From Nemertoderma westbladi (lineage: Eukaryota; Animalia; Xenacoelomorpha), in the NCBI GenBank assembly GCA_032718475.1, contig JAUCBJ010006792.1, positions 26,022 to 90,021 on the forward strand: a stretch of DNA of 64,000 nucleotides. The letters are read 5' to 3'. Of the stretch, positions 39,333 to 51,000 are shown piece by piece (positions within the stretch are counted from its first letter, which is position 1; each line of letters opens with the position of its first letter). Position numbers and translations under genes: made by a program. The notes below the pieces were generated by a model, which saw only the letters and a list, made by a program, of their open reading frames with translations, did no database searches and was not told the DNA's origin.

Positions 39333-41454
39333 TATTGGACATCCAGAAGGATTAATACAAGTATGGGATACATTAAACATCAGGTATGGTAACAAGGATA
39401 ACATAGCTAAGTATTTGTATGCAAAATTAGTAGCCCCCCGACACTTCCTTAGTAGCGGGATTATAGAGTTTTCCGATGAAATTCAGGAAATCTGTAGACA
39501 ATTGGACTGGTTAGGTAAGTCTCATGAATATCAGAGTTCCATGGTTATTGGAGCAGTGGTCTCTACTTTACCCAAGGGTGGAGTATGTACACGTTGGGAT
39601 AAGAAAGTGTTGTACATGAATGAACAACAACGACGAAGCCCTACCATGGCTGATCTCATGTCCTTCTTAGATAGTGAAGTAAAATTACAACTCATAAAGC
39701 AGTCCAGAGAGAAAACATCGGAAAATAAGGTAAGTGAGAAACCCGTTTCTAGGAGAAGGATAATACCAGTGTGTTATACTGACGACGGCGAAAGCCAAGC
39801 TTCTCAAGAAGAGGACAGCGGGAAAGACACAGCAAAATCTTACTATGACAACAAGACCTATAAAGACGTAAGTAAATATAAGTCTCGAACCAGTGACAGG
39901 AGAGAACAGGTAACAACAACTCCTCCTACGTCTCCTAAGATAATTCACGGAAGAAAGCCCAAAGAAAGAACGAGAGTGCATAACGTTACCCAAGGTAAAG
40001 TGAGTAACATCAAACCAAAATGTGCGCTGTGCGACGGGCCACACCGTTTGAGTGCGTGTGCTGAATCTCAAAAGAAATCCCTTGTAGACAGACGTACAGT
40101 CCTGTGGAATAAGCGGTTATGCTATAATTGCCCCAGATCAGGACACCAACAGCAAACCTGTTACTCCGACGTAAAGTGTGCAAAGTGTGGCGCGAAACAT
40201 CACATCTTGTTACACAGTGAGTTCGAACGAAACAACCCGAGTCAGGTAAGTGAGCCCGAACTACATGTCCAATTCAGTGATGTAAATGACACTGATCAAG
40301 AATCTGAGATGGAAGGATTCTATACTGACGAATTCTCCGACGCCAACGAATCCTGTTACCTAATCAATACCGCGGTGTATCGAGCACTTACTTACGAAAA
40401 GGACACCGACAATGAGTTCCCCCCAACTACCTTTGCCAGACAACCATCTTGGAAAGCTCCAACTTCCAACGTAGGAATCAGAGAATTTCCTGTAGTACAG
40501 GTAAGAGTTCATGGTCCTAACAAAAGTTACATAGTGAACGCCCTCCTTGACTCCGGCAGCACAGGAACATTCATCGATCAAGAACTAGCCGAAGATATCT
40601 TTGCGGGACAACCCAAATTCCGGACTAAATTGAATATGTCAGGAATTATGCAGGTTTGGAAATATACCCTAACGGCAGACTACTATGTAGGTGTGTTGTC
40701 CACCCCCCAGGATAAATTAGGAGCACAAGGTATAAGGTCGGTAAAAATGGTGGCTATAAAGAACTTCGCTACTACCCAAGCAGACCTTTATAATTGGGAC
40801 GAGGATGAGAGCATCCAACATCTTAAGATACCTCGATTCCAGACAGATTATCCTGGAGTGCAAATACTCATCGGCCAAAACGCGCATGAGGCGCTCGAGA
40901 CATTGGAGAAACGGCCTGCTCAACCGCAGCCACTACAAACCTATGCGGTAAGAACTAGAGTAGGTTGGTACTTCACTGGCCCTTCCCGTAGAACTCTCAA
41001 AGAGAGATTACCTCAACAACAGGTATACCAAGTAAAGGAATGGGAAGTGGAGAGCAGTGATGTGGACGATCCAACTGAGGGAACACCATACTCCTCAGAT
41101 AATGACAATATTAACTCCAATGTAGATCAATGGAGACATTGCCTTGGGACGATTAATCCAGCCGACATCGCTTCCAGAGGAGCAACTCCTCAAGAACTGA
41201 TAGATACTCCAGGCTGGTTAGGTGGATCCGACTTCTTAAGTAAAGAAGAAGAAGAATGGCCTCCTCATCTTACCCCGGCGGAGATTAGACAGGCCAAGGG
41301 AGCGGAGAAAGTAACACAACAACTCAATCGCCCAGCTGGTCGTTTACGTTTACTGGAAAGAGACCGAAAACTGTCCGGAAACTATGGAAGGCAAGATACT
41401 CTTCCTACGACCACTTCCCTAATCCGACAAATATCTAGGGACTCCATAACGTAA
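39333..41454 (+). pseudogene. gag: 3' part of element 1 Gag-protease ORF, with relics of the RNase H and integrase tails
   Basis: Three BEL-type Cys/His knuckles (CALCDGPHRLSAC, CYNCPRSGHQQQTC, CAKCGAKHHILLH), aspartic protease LLDSGS, YAVRTRVGWY, then VDQWRHCLGTINPADIASRG. No RT YxDD or integrase DDE. The ATG-less start at 39298 is a junction artefact. Confidence 0.9.
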
Positions 41455-42895
41455 TAATATATGGAGTGGGCGTGTGAATATATCATTTTATATTTGTTTT
41501 TATTTTATATTTATGTATGTATTATTATGTAATTTTATTATAATCGTTTTCTTTAATTTTATTTAGTAGAATGTTATTTTAGTGATTATTTAGTAGATTA
41601 GTGCAATATATTAGTGTTTATTATGTACGTAATTACTTATAATATATTTAGTGCGACGGCGAGAAATAATTATTTTTTCTCTTTCCTTACTGTCCGTATC
41701 ATATTATAAATACGTGACTACAGTAAGATGAAATGTCCGTACTTATTAAAGTACAATAAAGCTCCTACTAGACTTAAGTATTATTGGTAGGCAGAGTATT
41801 AGGAATGCAAAGTTCAGATCCTCGTGTCTCGGCTAAACCAAGCTCTGGGTAGACCTTGGAAACGACTTGCCTCTTCATACTGACATTGCTTCGTGCGATA
41901 TTGCTCTCATACCGTATATTAAATAATACATATAGTAGCGTGATGTCCATATAACAGTAGCGTAAAACGCAAATAAATCTGTTAAACCTTTTGACCATCT
42001 GTAATTCTAGTCGATTAAGATATCGCGGCACCCACCGATATACTTGAAAGACAAATTCTAGAATCAGTGGTTAACGTCCCCAGACAAGCTCTGGAATAAA
42101 TCGGTGCCCATCTTAAATATTAATTTAATATTTAGTGAAATCTGTAAAATTCAGATCCGTTAACAATTCTAGTTGATTAAGATATCGTAGCATTTACCGA
42201 TACTCTTAAAAGACAAATTTCATAGAATTAAGGATCCTATGTCCCCAGACCTGCTCTGGAATCAAATTGTGTCAATTTTAACATCAAATAATAAAATTCA
42301 CGGGAATAAATTCAAATTCATATTTTAAATGAATTTCATAAATTGTCATTTTGTACAATTTATAACATTCCCAAAATTCCATTAATTAATAGATCATGGG
42401 AGCGGAGATTCATCCTATTAAGTGTGTTAGAGTGCGAGAATCTCCAACATATAGTCAATAGCCGATAAAATTAATAAAATCATACATAAAGAGGATATTG
42501 ACAATTAAAGAATTATTATTAAATAGCATCCCAGATCTGTATGCATGAGAATTACCCTAATTATACCGCTAGCATTCCATAATGTCACCATAGCAACACC
42601 CACGCTAGAATTAGAAGCAAGTTAAAAGAACAATAGAAAGCTTGTCCCATTGCATAGCATAGAGAATATAGCACACTGCTAGTATCCAAGGATACACAGT
42701 AATAACGTGACATTCTGGAAGGCACTGACTAACGGACAAATGCCCTGTATGTGTGCAGTTGGTGACAGTTGTGTGGAATTTGTGCGTTTATAGGTGAATG
42801 TTACTGCTAAAGTATGTTTACAGTAGCTAGTCGCAATTGTAAAAGTAGCCCAACTCTCCTATAGAAAGAACCTAAGTGGATTCAAGCCTTTGGGA

Positions 42896-43000
42896 CGGAC
42901 AGTGGAGTGACTTGTGCCGGTTATCGTTGTCGTGCTGTTGCTACATGTTGGCGTAAACACCGCGACGACGGTACATCGGCGCTGAGAATCCCACTGCCCG
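42896..43000 (+). promoter_or_regulatory. Predicted long RNA stem-loop upstream of the accessory ORF (homolog at 54500-54607)
   Basis: Nested pairings CGGACAGTGG/CCACTGCCCG, GTGCCGGT/ATCGGCGC and ATCGTTGTCGTG/CGCGACGACGGT with G-U pairs. Pairing is retained despite substitutions in element 2. Confidence 0.65.
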
Positions 43001-43080
43001 GGGGCAAAGAAAGGTAGGCAGCGACGCCCGCTCGCCTAAACATAAACTCATTTCGATATTAATAAACTCAGATAGCAGAT

Positions 43081-44529
43081 ATGACGGAGTTGATAGAAGA
43101 TGATCTTGGTATCAGGGAGCGATATACTCTACCTTTACAAGCATTTGTGGAAAGCTTGATACGCGGTGAAACCGATCCAACCATTACGGAGGACGATGGT
43201 CGTTATATCGAACCGCCGATGTCCCAAGAGCAACTTACGCGTGAATTGGACTATCGAAAATTCACCGCTCGCTATACGCATCGTAATAGTGCGTATATGG
43301 ACTTCCTAACTACCGGCCATCCTATCGATTTACATGATACGGACGATGTAGACACCGAAAGGGAAATGGTTCTATTTAAATATCATACCCAGCAGAGTCG
43401 TAACGATAAACCGAGAATAGGTCACGAAAATTCTATTCGTAACAGACTGGGAAGACGAACCAATATGCCTAGAATCTGAGGAGATTCAGCCTATCGCGCC
43501 CGGAACAGCGACAACGATTACATCCTAGAATGGTATCAAGGTCCACAGTGTCTCACTGCGTACAATTATCGCCATGCCAACTATGTTTCTCAGCAACGTT
43601 GTCGGTTATGCGCATCGAGAGACCACGATACGCCCATGAACACCAACGTCCGCTGATCCTATTTCCAAGAACAACCGACTATGGAAATTTATTGCGCATA
43701 TTGCAGACTCAATAACTTGCATATCTTTGCGGTTTGCCCTCAATTTATGACACAATGTCACCATTGTCAACTAAAGGGACATGCCAGTTTCGATTGCCCT
43801 TTTGATCACGACTTGGAAAGCATAGATGAAATGATCACACTACGTTACATCAGAGCTTGTGAAGCGAACGCTGATTTACATTGTGATTCACGCCATCGCT
43901 ATTATCCCGGACGCGCTTACGAAGGAGTTTATGCGTTCCATCCTTATCTATTCGCTTCGGTTGAACAGAAATCACGCATATCAAGTTACGAGCTACTGAA
44001 GCGCGTCGGAGAATGTATTTCAGCCAAATTCGTACGCAAATTTCTCAGGAGTGTTAATCCTAGCGACCTTCATTCCTATAACTTAATCAATTATATCCGT
44101 CAGGATCCGGACTATGGAGACTTCTTTGTTAACTCACACCCCGAGTTACAGGAAGTATATCGACGGCCTTACGAATACCGAGCCCGCGAACGCGAGTTGG
44201 AAAGGACCATTAAACCCCGGAGGTTTCTAACTGCATATGGTCCACCCACGGCCCTCGTTCAGACCACTCGTAAAGGACCCGTAAGAGCGGCTGTCTTGAA
44301 ACGAGCTCTCCAAGCCGTTAGACCTCTCTCCCCTGACGATGATGTCAATCAACCCGGCACTTCGACTGGCGGATACACCGACCATAATCCTACACCCTCT
44401 GATGCAATCATATTGCACCCTTCACCCAGGAGTTATAGCCCTCCTTGTAAAGTGGCTCGCCCCAAAGAGAAAAGGACTCTGGCTAGCTTTAAAAAACTGT
44501 GTAAACGCCGTCCGCGCAAGAAAGACTAA
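43081..44529 (+). pseudogene. Accessory 3' ORF of element 1 (~482 codons, two internal TGA stops), CCHC zinc-knuckle protein of unknown function
   Basis: ORFs 43081..43479 and 43681..44529 are in the same frame, and the gap translates open except for TGA codons at 43477 and ~43654. Motifs CRLCASRDH, CAYCRLNNLHIFAVC and CHHCQLKGHASFDC; basic tail KKLCKRRPRKKD. Confidence 0.7.
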
Positions 44530-44597
44530 CTGTTTAGAGTATTTACGTATATTAGAAACTGTGATTTGTATATTTTATAGACTCAAATCCCATTTTC

Positions 44598-44606
44598 TGG
44601 GAGCGG
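44598..44606 (+). promoter_or_regulatory. Polypurine-tract-like primer site of element 1
   Basis: TGGGAGCGG immediately precedes the TGTAAAAG start of the 3' LTR. Confidence 0.6.
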
Positions 44607-44702
44607 TGTAAAAGCTTCTGTGGGATATAACTGGCCCCTTTTGCTTCGCAATCCAGTTTCCCCCCAGGCGCTGGAATACTCTAAAAAGGTTCTCTAACTG
44701 TA
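44607..44702 (+). repeat. First 96 bp of element 1 3' LTR
   Basis: 94/96 identical to 1290-1385; identity stops exactly where a new TGTAAAAGCTT begins. Confidence 0.92.
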
Positions 44703-47700
44703 TGTAAAAGCTTTTGCGTCATTAACCGGTTATTTTCCCTTTAAGTAATCTGTAGTTGGTTTGACAGGCATAAAAAGGCCGTGTCCTTGCTGTACTGGTG
44801 TTTTAGAGGACATAAAAGTCATTTCTTCTGTATTTGTACTGTATTTGTACTTTAGAGGACATAATCCGCAATCTCGTGACGCGATAAGCTGGATACTCTT
44901 GAAAACAGTGTCGCTACCATGACGACGGCTAGCAGCTGATATTGCCACATCGACGTTTCTTTGTTTCTTTGTTCTCTCGTTGTTCGGTTGACCAATCAGA
45001 GCGTTTTTTGTCTCTGTGTTGAAGGTGTATACAGAACTCAGTAGTTCAGTGTTATGTTTTTGCTCAGAGCCTAAGAACATCGGCTTTTAGCACCTCCGTG
45101 TATCAGCGTTCTTTAGCTTTACATTAGTAGGCTTAATTTTAGAATGTATATCTGTTATCAACCTATTTACTACATACAATCTAACCAAACTATTTATATG
45201 CAATTTATACATTAATATTACTGCTTTTGCTGTCTGTTGTTCATTATATTTGTTGATGAATTATTATATCGGAATACTGATCAATAGTCAGACACCCCAC
45301 CTTCTTGATATACTAAAGGTTAGAGAGACCGGTTACAGATAAACGATTGCGACCTATGTTGAGTGGTTTGAAGTGAATCTAATGCTATTTCATATGCCCA
45401 ACATAAATTGTCTGTTGCTCTCTTTATACGTGACTAAATTTAGTGAAGGTCGGCAGATTAGTGTGCAGTATTGTGCAGCATTGTGTATGATTGTAACTGA
45501 TAACAAAGCATCTCCTAAAGAATGCGCCATATACTTTAATCTATAGCCTTTTCGTTGTGTATAGTTTAAGTCATAACTCTGTTTACATATTTAGAGCGCC
45601 ACGTCCTAAAGGAACTGTTAATATTTCCCGAAAGTGAATAATATTTGTCAGAGATTATATATTACGATCAGTCGAATAATACAGTAGGCTTACACCATCA
45701 ATCATTAAGCTCCGAACTCAGTCTCCCGGGTATATCCAACGGGTGAATGATTGCGCATAGACTGGCTTCGGCTAATGTAGTGTGTCAAATACTCGTCATA
45801 AAGCTAAAGAATATATATCATCTAAAAGACATTCTAATTTTGGCAGGTTAAACTGTCAAAGGTCTTCAAAAGCGCAAACAATAACAGATATACGTTCTGG
45901 ATTGCGGTGTAAGCAATCTAGTCGAAAGTACCGGTCGACCGGTAACCAGTAGGCCTGACTGCCTGATCCTCCGGACCGGTACTTACAGTACTAGTACAGG
46001 TACAGCAGTATTATTCGATTTGATTATTATATGCCGGTAGGTCTTAATAATTAATCGGGGACGCCTGGTTTTTATTGGGATTTTACTTAGGCCTATTTCT
46101 GTCAGTTTTATTTATTTGTAGGCCAGTATTGAGCAGGAGGCGTGTAAGCCTTCTCAGATTGTACAGATAATTTGTAGGCTTGACTGTTGGCTAACTGTTG
46201 ATTAGGTCTGAACGGATTGCAGTGCATGTAGAGTGTATGTCCGATAAAGAACGGTTAGGAAGTAGGGGCAGCCATAGCTGTAAGGTAAACCCCCATCTAA
46301 AGAATAAGTCGTACTACTGGGTTAGAATGCATACTACTTAACCATTTCGGAGTCTGCATGTCCTGTGGTTTATTTAGGCTTGATAGTAGTCTGCCATCGT
46401 TTAGTCTGTACTTTGTTTGTGTAGTCTGTACGGGTAGCGTATAATTTTATTTAGATAATTTGTAGGCTGGATAGTTGTCTGGCTGCTGTTGGGTTTGAGG
46501 AAATTTCGGTGTGTGTAAAGCATCTGTCCGATAAAGAACGGTTAGGAAGTAGGGGCAGCCATTGCTGTAAGGTAAACCCCCATCTAAAGAATAAGTCGTA
46601 CTACTGGGTTAGAACGCATACTACTTAACCATTTCGGAGTCTACATATACCGTAGTTTGTTTAGGCTTGATAGTAGTCTGTCAGTATTTGGTCTGCACTT
46701 TGTTTGAATGGTTTGTACGCGTAGCGTAATATTTATTATTCAGAGTTTATGCGATTATTCGCAACATTCATATCCCCAAGTTTGTTCCTACAGTAATTGT
46801 GTTTGTTATACATACCGTTATAGTTAAACTAACCCCGGTACTATACGGGCTGCTCGGCGTAGGTAAAGACTGGTGATTTTGTGCACCGGTCACTCCAGCA
46901 GATGCCGTGGTTCTTTTAGCTGTTCAAGTATTCTTAAATACTAATTATTTGTTATACAAGTACTTGTACCTAATTTAGGGTTTAGTGTACAGTACTTTCC
47001 GAAGGTGATTAGTGTGTAGGCATTATATTTTTGTTGTAAAGTGGTTGATAGGCACGTACGTTAGCTCTATTAACTTCTAGGTAGGAACACTCCGTGATAC
47101 ATAACGTAGTACCTATAGCGATACGGCTATAGGTTGTCAGGCGGTGGTATTTTCCTATCTGGACAGCGCAGTGTATTTACTACTACTTATTATTTCAAAT
47201 ACCGTAGTAACCTGTCCGTTGTAATAACCAGATATTCTAACCCTTTGTTAGGCTGGTTAGTAGACCTCTTGTAAAATTACCCTAAAAAATTTGTATTTGT
47301 GTATTTGTAATTAAAATTTTGTGTTTATTTAGAGATTGTAATCTCAACCCGAATTGTAAGTAATTTGTAGTATTAAGTAACTTAGGTAAATTAGAATTAT
47401 TTGTTTTAGTGTCTAACAAGTAGCACTCCACTGAGAGCGCACAGCTTATGTGTATTGACTCCCCCAGAAATAATAACATTTATTTCAAACATTGACAAAA
47501 CCCATTAAACGGGTATATATATATTATAAATCAAATCTAACGATTTATAAATAGTAGGCCTACCACACAACCATTAGGTCTCAATATCAGTTGGACTACT
47601 GCTCAAATAGCGGTAATAAAGTAAGTAAAGTAACCAAGTAACCCTAAAGTTCAGAAATTCAATTATTTAAAATAATTGATATACCGGTATTTACGATAGG

Positions 47701-48059
47701 CCTATTATCTTTATTTCTATAAATTTCGGCTGAAATTATACCGGTACTTGTAATTAATTCTAGTCCAGAATTATATATACTACAAACAGTAAGCTGTATA
47801 CCGGTATTCCCGATAGGCCTATTATATATTTATATATATTTGTGCTAAAATTATACCGGTATTCTGTGATAAACCTAATCTGTAATAATACTTATATAGT
47901 TATATATACTATAAGCATACCGGTATACTAATATATTATATATCACGCTACACTGAGTAGCAGTATCGGTAATTAATTACTAGGCTAGCAGTTAACACTG
48001 AATTACTAGACTTGCTTAGACTGTAATATAGCAGTAGACATTCAACTGTGTAAACCAAC

Positions 48060-51000
48060 ATGTCTGATACTAAACAGAACCTGTCAGACAGTTTATTAGA
48101 TGTAACTATCTGCGACTCAGATAGAGGTGTAGAACCGTCTAGTCCTAAGTTCAGTTCACCTCCCACTGTGAGGAAGGTCATCCCTCCAGTAGTAATAACA
48201 GAACCTAGGCTGGTCCAACATCGTAGGTCTATCATAGGCACTCGAGCTCAGGTCAAGCGGGACCAAGAAGCAGCGGAACAGCAACAACCCGCGAGCCAAG
48301 AACTTATTTCTCAGCGGCCCGACAGCTCCAGTAGTGAAGATACGGTAGAACTGACACCCGAACGCGGAGCAAGGATGACGGATGCGGCTTATTCAGATCC
48401 CCTTCTCATCCTTCCTGCAGCCGTACTCACTAGGTTATTGATCGCGGTGGAAGAACACCAGATCGATTGGGCGAGAAGTAAGCAAGCCACTAAAGATAGC
48501 TATGAGGGATACACAAGGGAAGATCTGAAGTCTATGGTCGAGTCACAATGGAACTTCCCCGGACCCGGACTCCCATTTGATTTATCAGAAGCTGCCTGGG
48601 AAGACATACACCGGATGGGAGTAGCCAAGGAAACCATCGATCCAGCTGTGTGGAAGAGGTCCGCGGCCGGATACGCACAGGGATTCTTCAGCTCTATGGA
48701 GCGAGTAGAAAAACAACTGTTTCAACAACCTAAAGGACCTCAAGAGCAGGGACAACTGCTTTATCAAGTTAGAGAAAGAATTCTGCGAATCAGGCTAATA
48801 TTATCAGCCTTTGAAGAGGCTTCTAAAAGAAGACAAGACACGTCGTTGCAAGTTGCCGTAAAGACTTGGTTTCAACGGGTGAGTCGCCAGGTTCAAGGAA
48901 CAGCTCAGTGGAAAGATCAGCTGGAGGAGCGCTCAACCCATGGAGAATCAACGGACGCTACTTTTTCCCAAGTGGAAAGTGAAGCGACGGCAGAGAAACC
49001 GCATAAGAGGGATGCCATTGACATCTATCTGTCAGACTATCAGCGTTTTTTGGGAGATGAAGAGTTGAGGAGAAGGCTAGATGGACTTAGCCCTAATAGT
49101 GAAGGAGCCCAGCGTGTGTTGGATGCAATTGATGTGGATAGGTTAGCGGCGAACCAAGCTAAATTCGATGAACAACTCCGCATCGCTAGAGACCAAGAAG
49201 AAAAAGTAAGGAAAAAACGTATAGAAGACAGAAAGATAGCAGCAGTGGCAGAGGCAGAAAGAAAAGCGACCTTGGCAGGAGCAGCGGCAGAGGCAAAAGC
49301 GGCAGCAGCAGAAGCAGCGGCAGAGGCAAAAGCGGCAGCAGCGGCAGCGGCAGAGGCAAAAGCGGCAGCGGTGGCGGAAGCAGAACGGAGAGCGGCTGAA
49401 GAGATCGCCCAACTGGAGTTGGAAAATCTTCAAGAGAAGCAAGACGACTTCAGTAAACAGTTAACAGCTAGTAATATGCAGATGATGAATCGATCTACTC
49501 CCAAAAGACAGGGTTATACATCATCTGAGGAAGGCGATACCACCGACACTGAAGGCGGAGGAAATCGATCTCGCCTAAGCAGACGTAAAAGAACATTCCA
49601 CCGTCAAAAATTGCCTGATTTGCCTCCAGCTGTTAGAAGGCAACTAAATAACACCAACTTAGCGAGTACAGAACCCACAGACCAAATAATTACAATAGAG
49701 AGACTCCCTACTATAGTAGATGAGCCTGAAATAGTTAGGCCTGTTCCCGAAGTCACCCTTTCGGTCGTAGAGACACCTGTACTCCCTGAACCTACCTCTC
49801 AATTCCCGTTGCACAGCACTAAGCTACCTGTGCCCAGCAGAACAGCCCATGAGACAGTTCATGCTCTGGACTCCGAGCGAAATATTCATGATTTGTCGCC
49901 CGTTGTCCCTCGTCCGCCCGCTACAACGTTGGCGGATCCCGTTTCGGCGGTTGATTGGGTGGACGAGAGACGGCGGGGGATGGACATTCTCCTCGGAAAG
50001 ATGGAGGAGAATCAAATGCGCTCCTCCCAACAGGTCCGAGAGTTAGAAGGGACTGTTCAACAGTTAAAGGGAACCGTAAAGGAAAGTAGGTTAGAGTTGC
50101 AGGAAGTGCAGCAAAATATCGCGCTAGAACGTGATAAATTAGTAAATTTACAAAAGGGTATACCACCACCCCTTGTAACAATGTGTCAACCTGTTAGGTC
50201 TGAAGTATCTCATGCGCAAGGTGTGGAGCCTACACGCATCTATACTGCTAGCGAAGTAGAAACTCCTATAGTGAACCCTATTAAGGGTAATTATAGACCT
50301 GTTGATAATGATATTCCCTATAGACCGGATCATAATCCGAGAAATTTATATACCGATAACTCGATATTAAATAACACGATGGCCCAAGAAAGTTTTACGC
50401 GTCAAATGGCTAGAACCGAAGCCCGGCAAGCGGTAAAGGTGGGAGAGATCGTCAAGTTCAATGGAGATGAGATGAAATGGTTACCTTTTAATGAATATTA
50501 CAAAGATAACATACAGAACTCTGTGCTATCTAATGGAGAGAAACTTAGATTCCTCATCGAGTGCTTGGAAGGATCTCCCAAGTTAATGGCGTTAAAGTTT
50601 ATTGGACATCCAGACGGATTAAGACAAGTTTGGGATACACTAAACATCAGGTATGGTAATAGGAATAACATAGCTGGGTATTTGTATGCAAAGTTGGTAG
50701 CGCCCCGAAAGTTTATTAGCAGCGGAATTATAGAGTTTTCCGATGAGATTCAGGAGATCTGCAGACAATTAGATTGGCTAGGTAAGTCTCATGAGTATCA
50801 GAATGCTATGGTTATTAGAGCAGTGGCTTCTACTTTACCGAAGGGTGGAGTAGGTACACGCTGGGATAAGAAAGTGTTATATATGATGGAACAACAACGA
50901 CGAGACCCTACCATGGCTGATCTCATGTCATTCTTAGATGGAGAAGTGAAATTACAGCTCCTAAGGCAGTCCAGAGAGAAGACACTGGAAAACAAGGTAA

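Larger units (their letters stand above)
1290..44702 (+). mobile_element. Non-autonomous BEL/Pao LTR retrotransposon (element 1), interrupted by a 32-kb Helentron array; its 3' LTR is interrupted by element 2
   Basis: LTR start TGTAAAAGCTTCTGTGGG at 1290 recurs at 44607 (96 bp, 2 mismatches), preceded there by a purine-rich tract. Internal BEL-type Gag and protease. Collinear with element 2. Confidence 0.9.

Noticed and set aside
41462-41480. GGAGTGGGCG-TGTG right after the ORF stop as PPT plus LTR start (also ~53036)
   Set aside because: The following sequence does not match the element's 5' end; the real LTR repeat starts at 44607. At most a relic.
44607-45840. Single shared LTR between two tandem elements
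   Set aside because: Identity to the 5' LTR ends abruptly at 96 bp, where a second TGTAAAAGCTT begins; better explained as a nested insertion.
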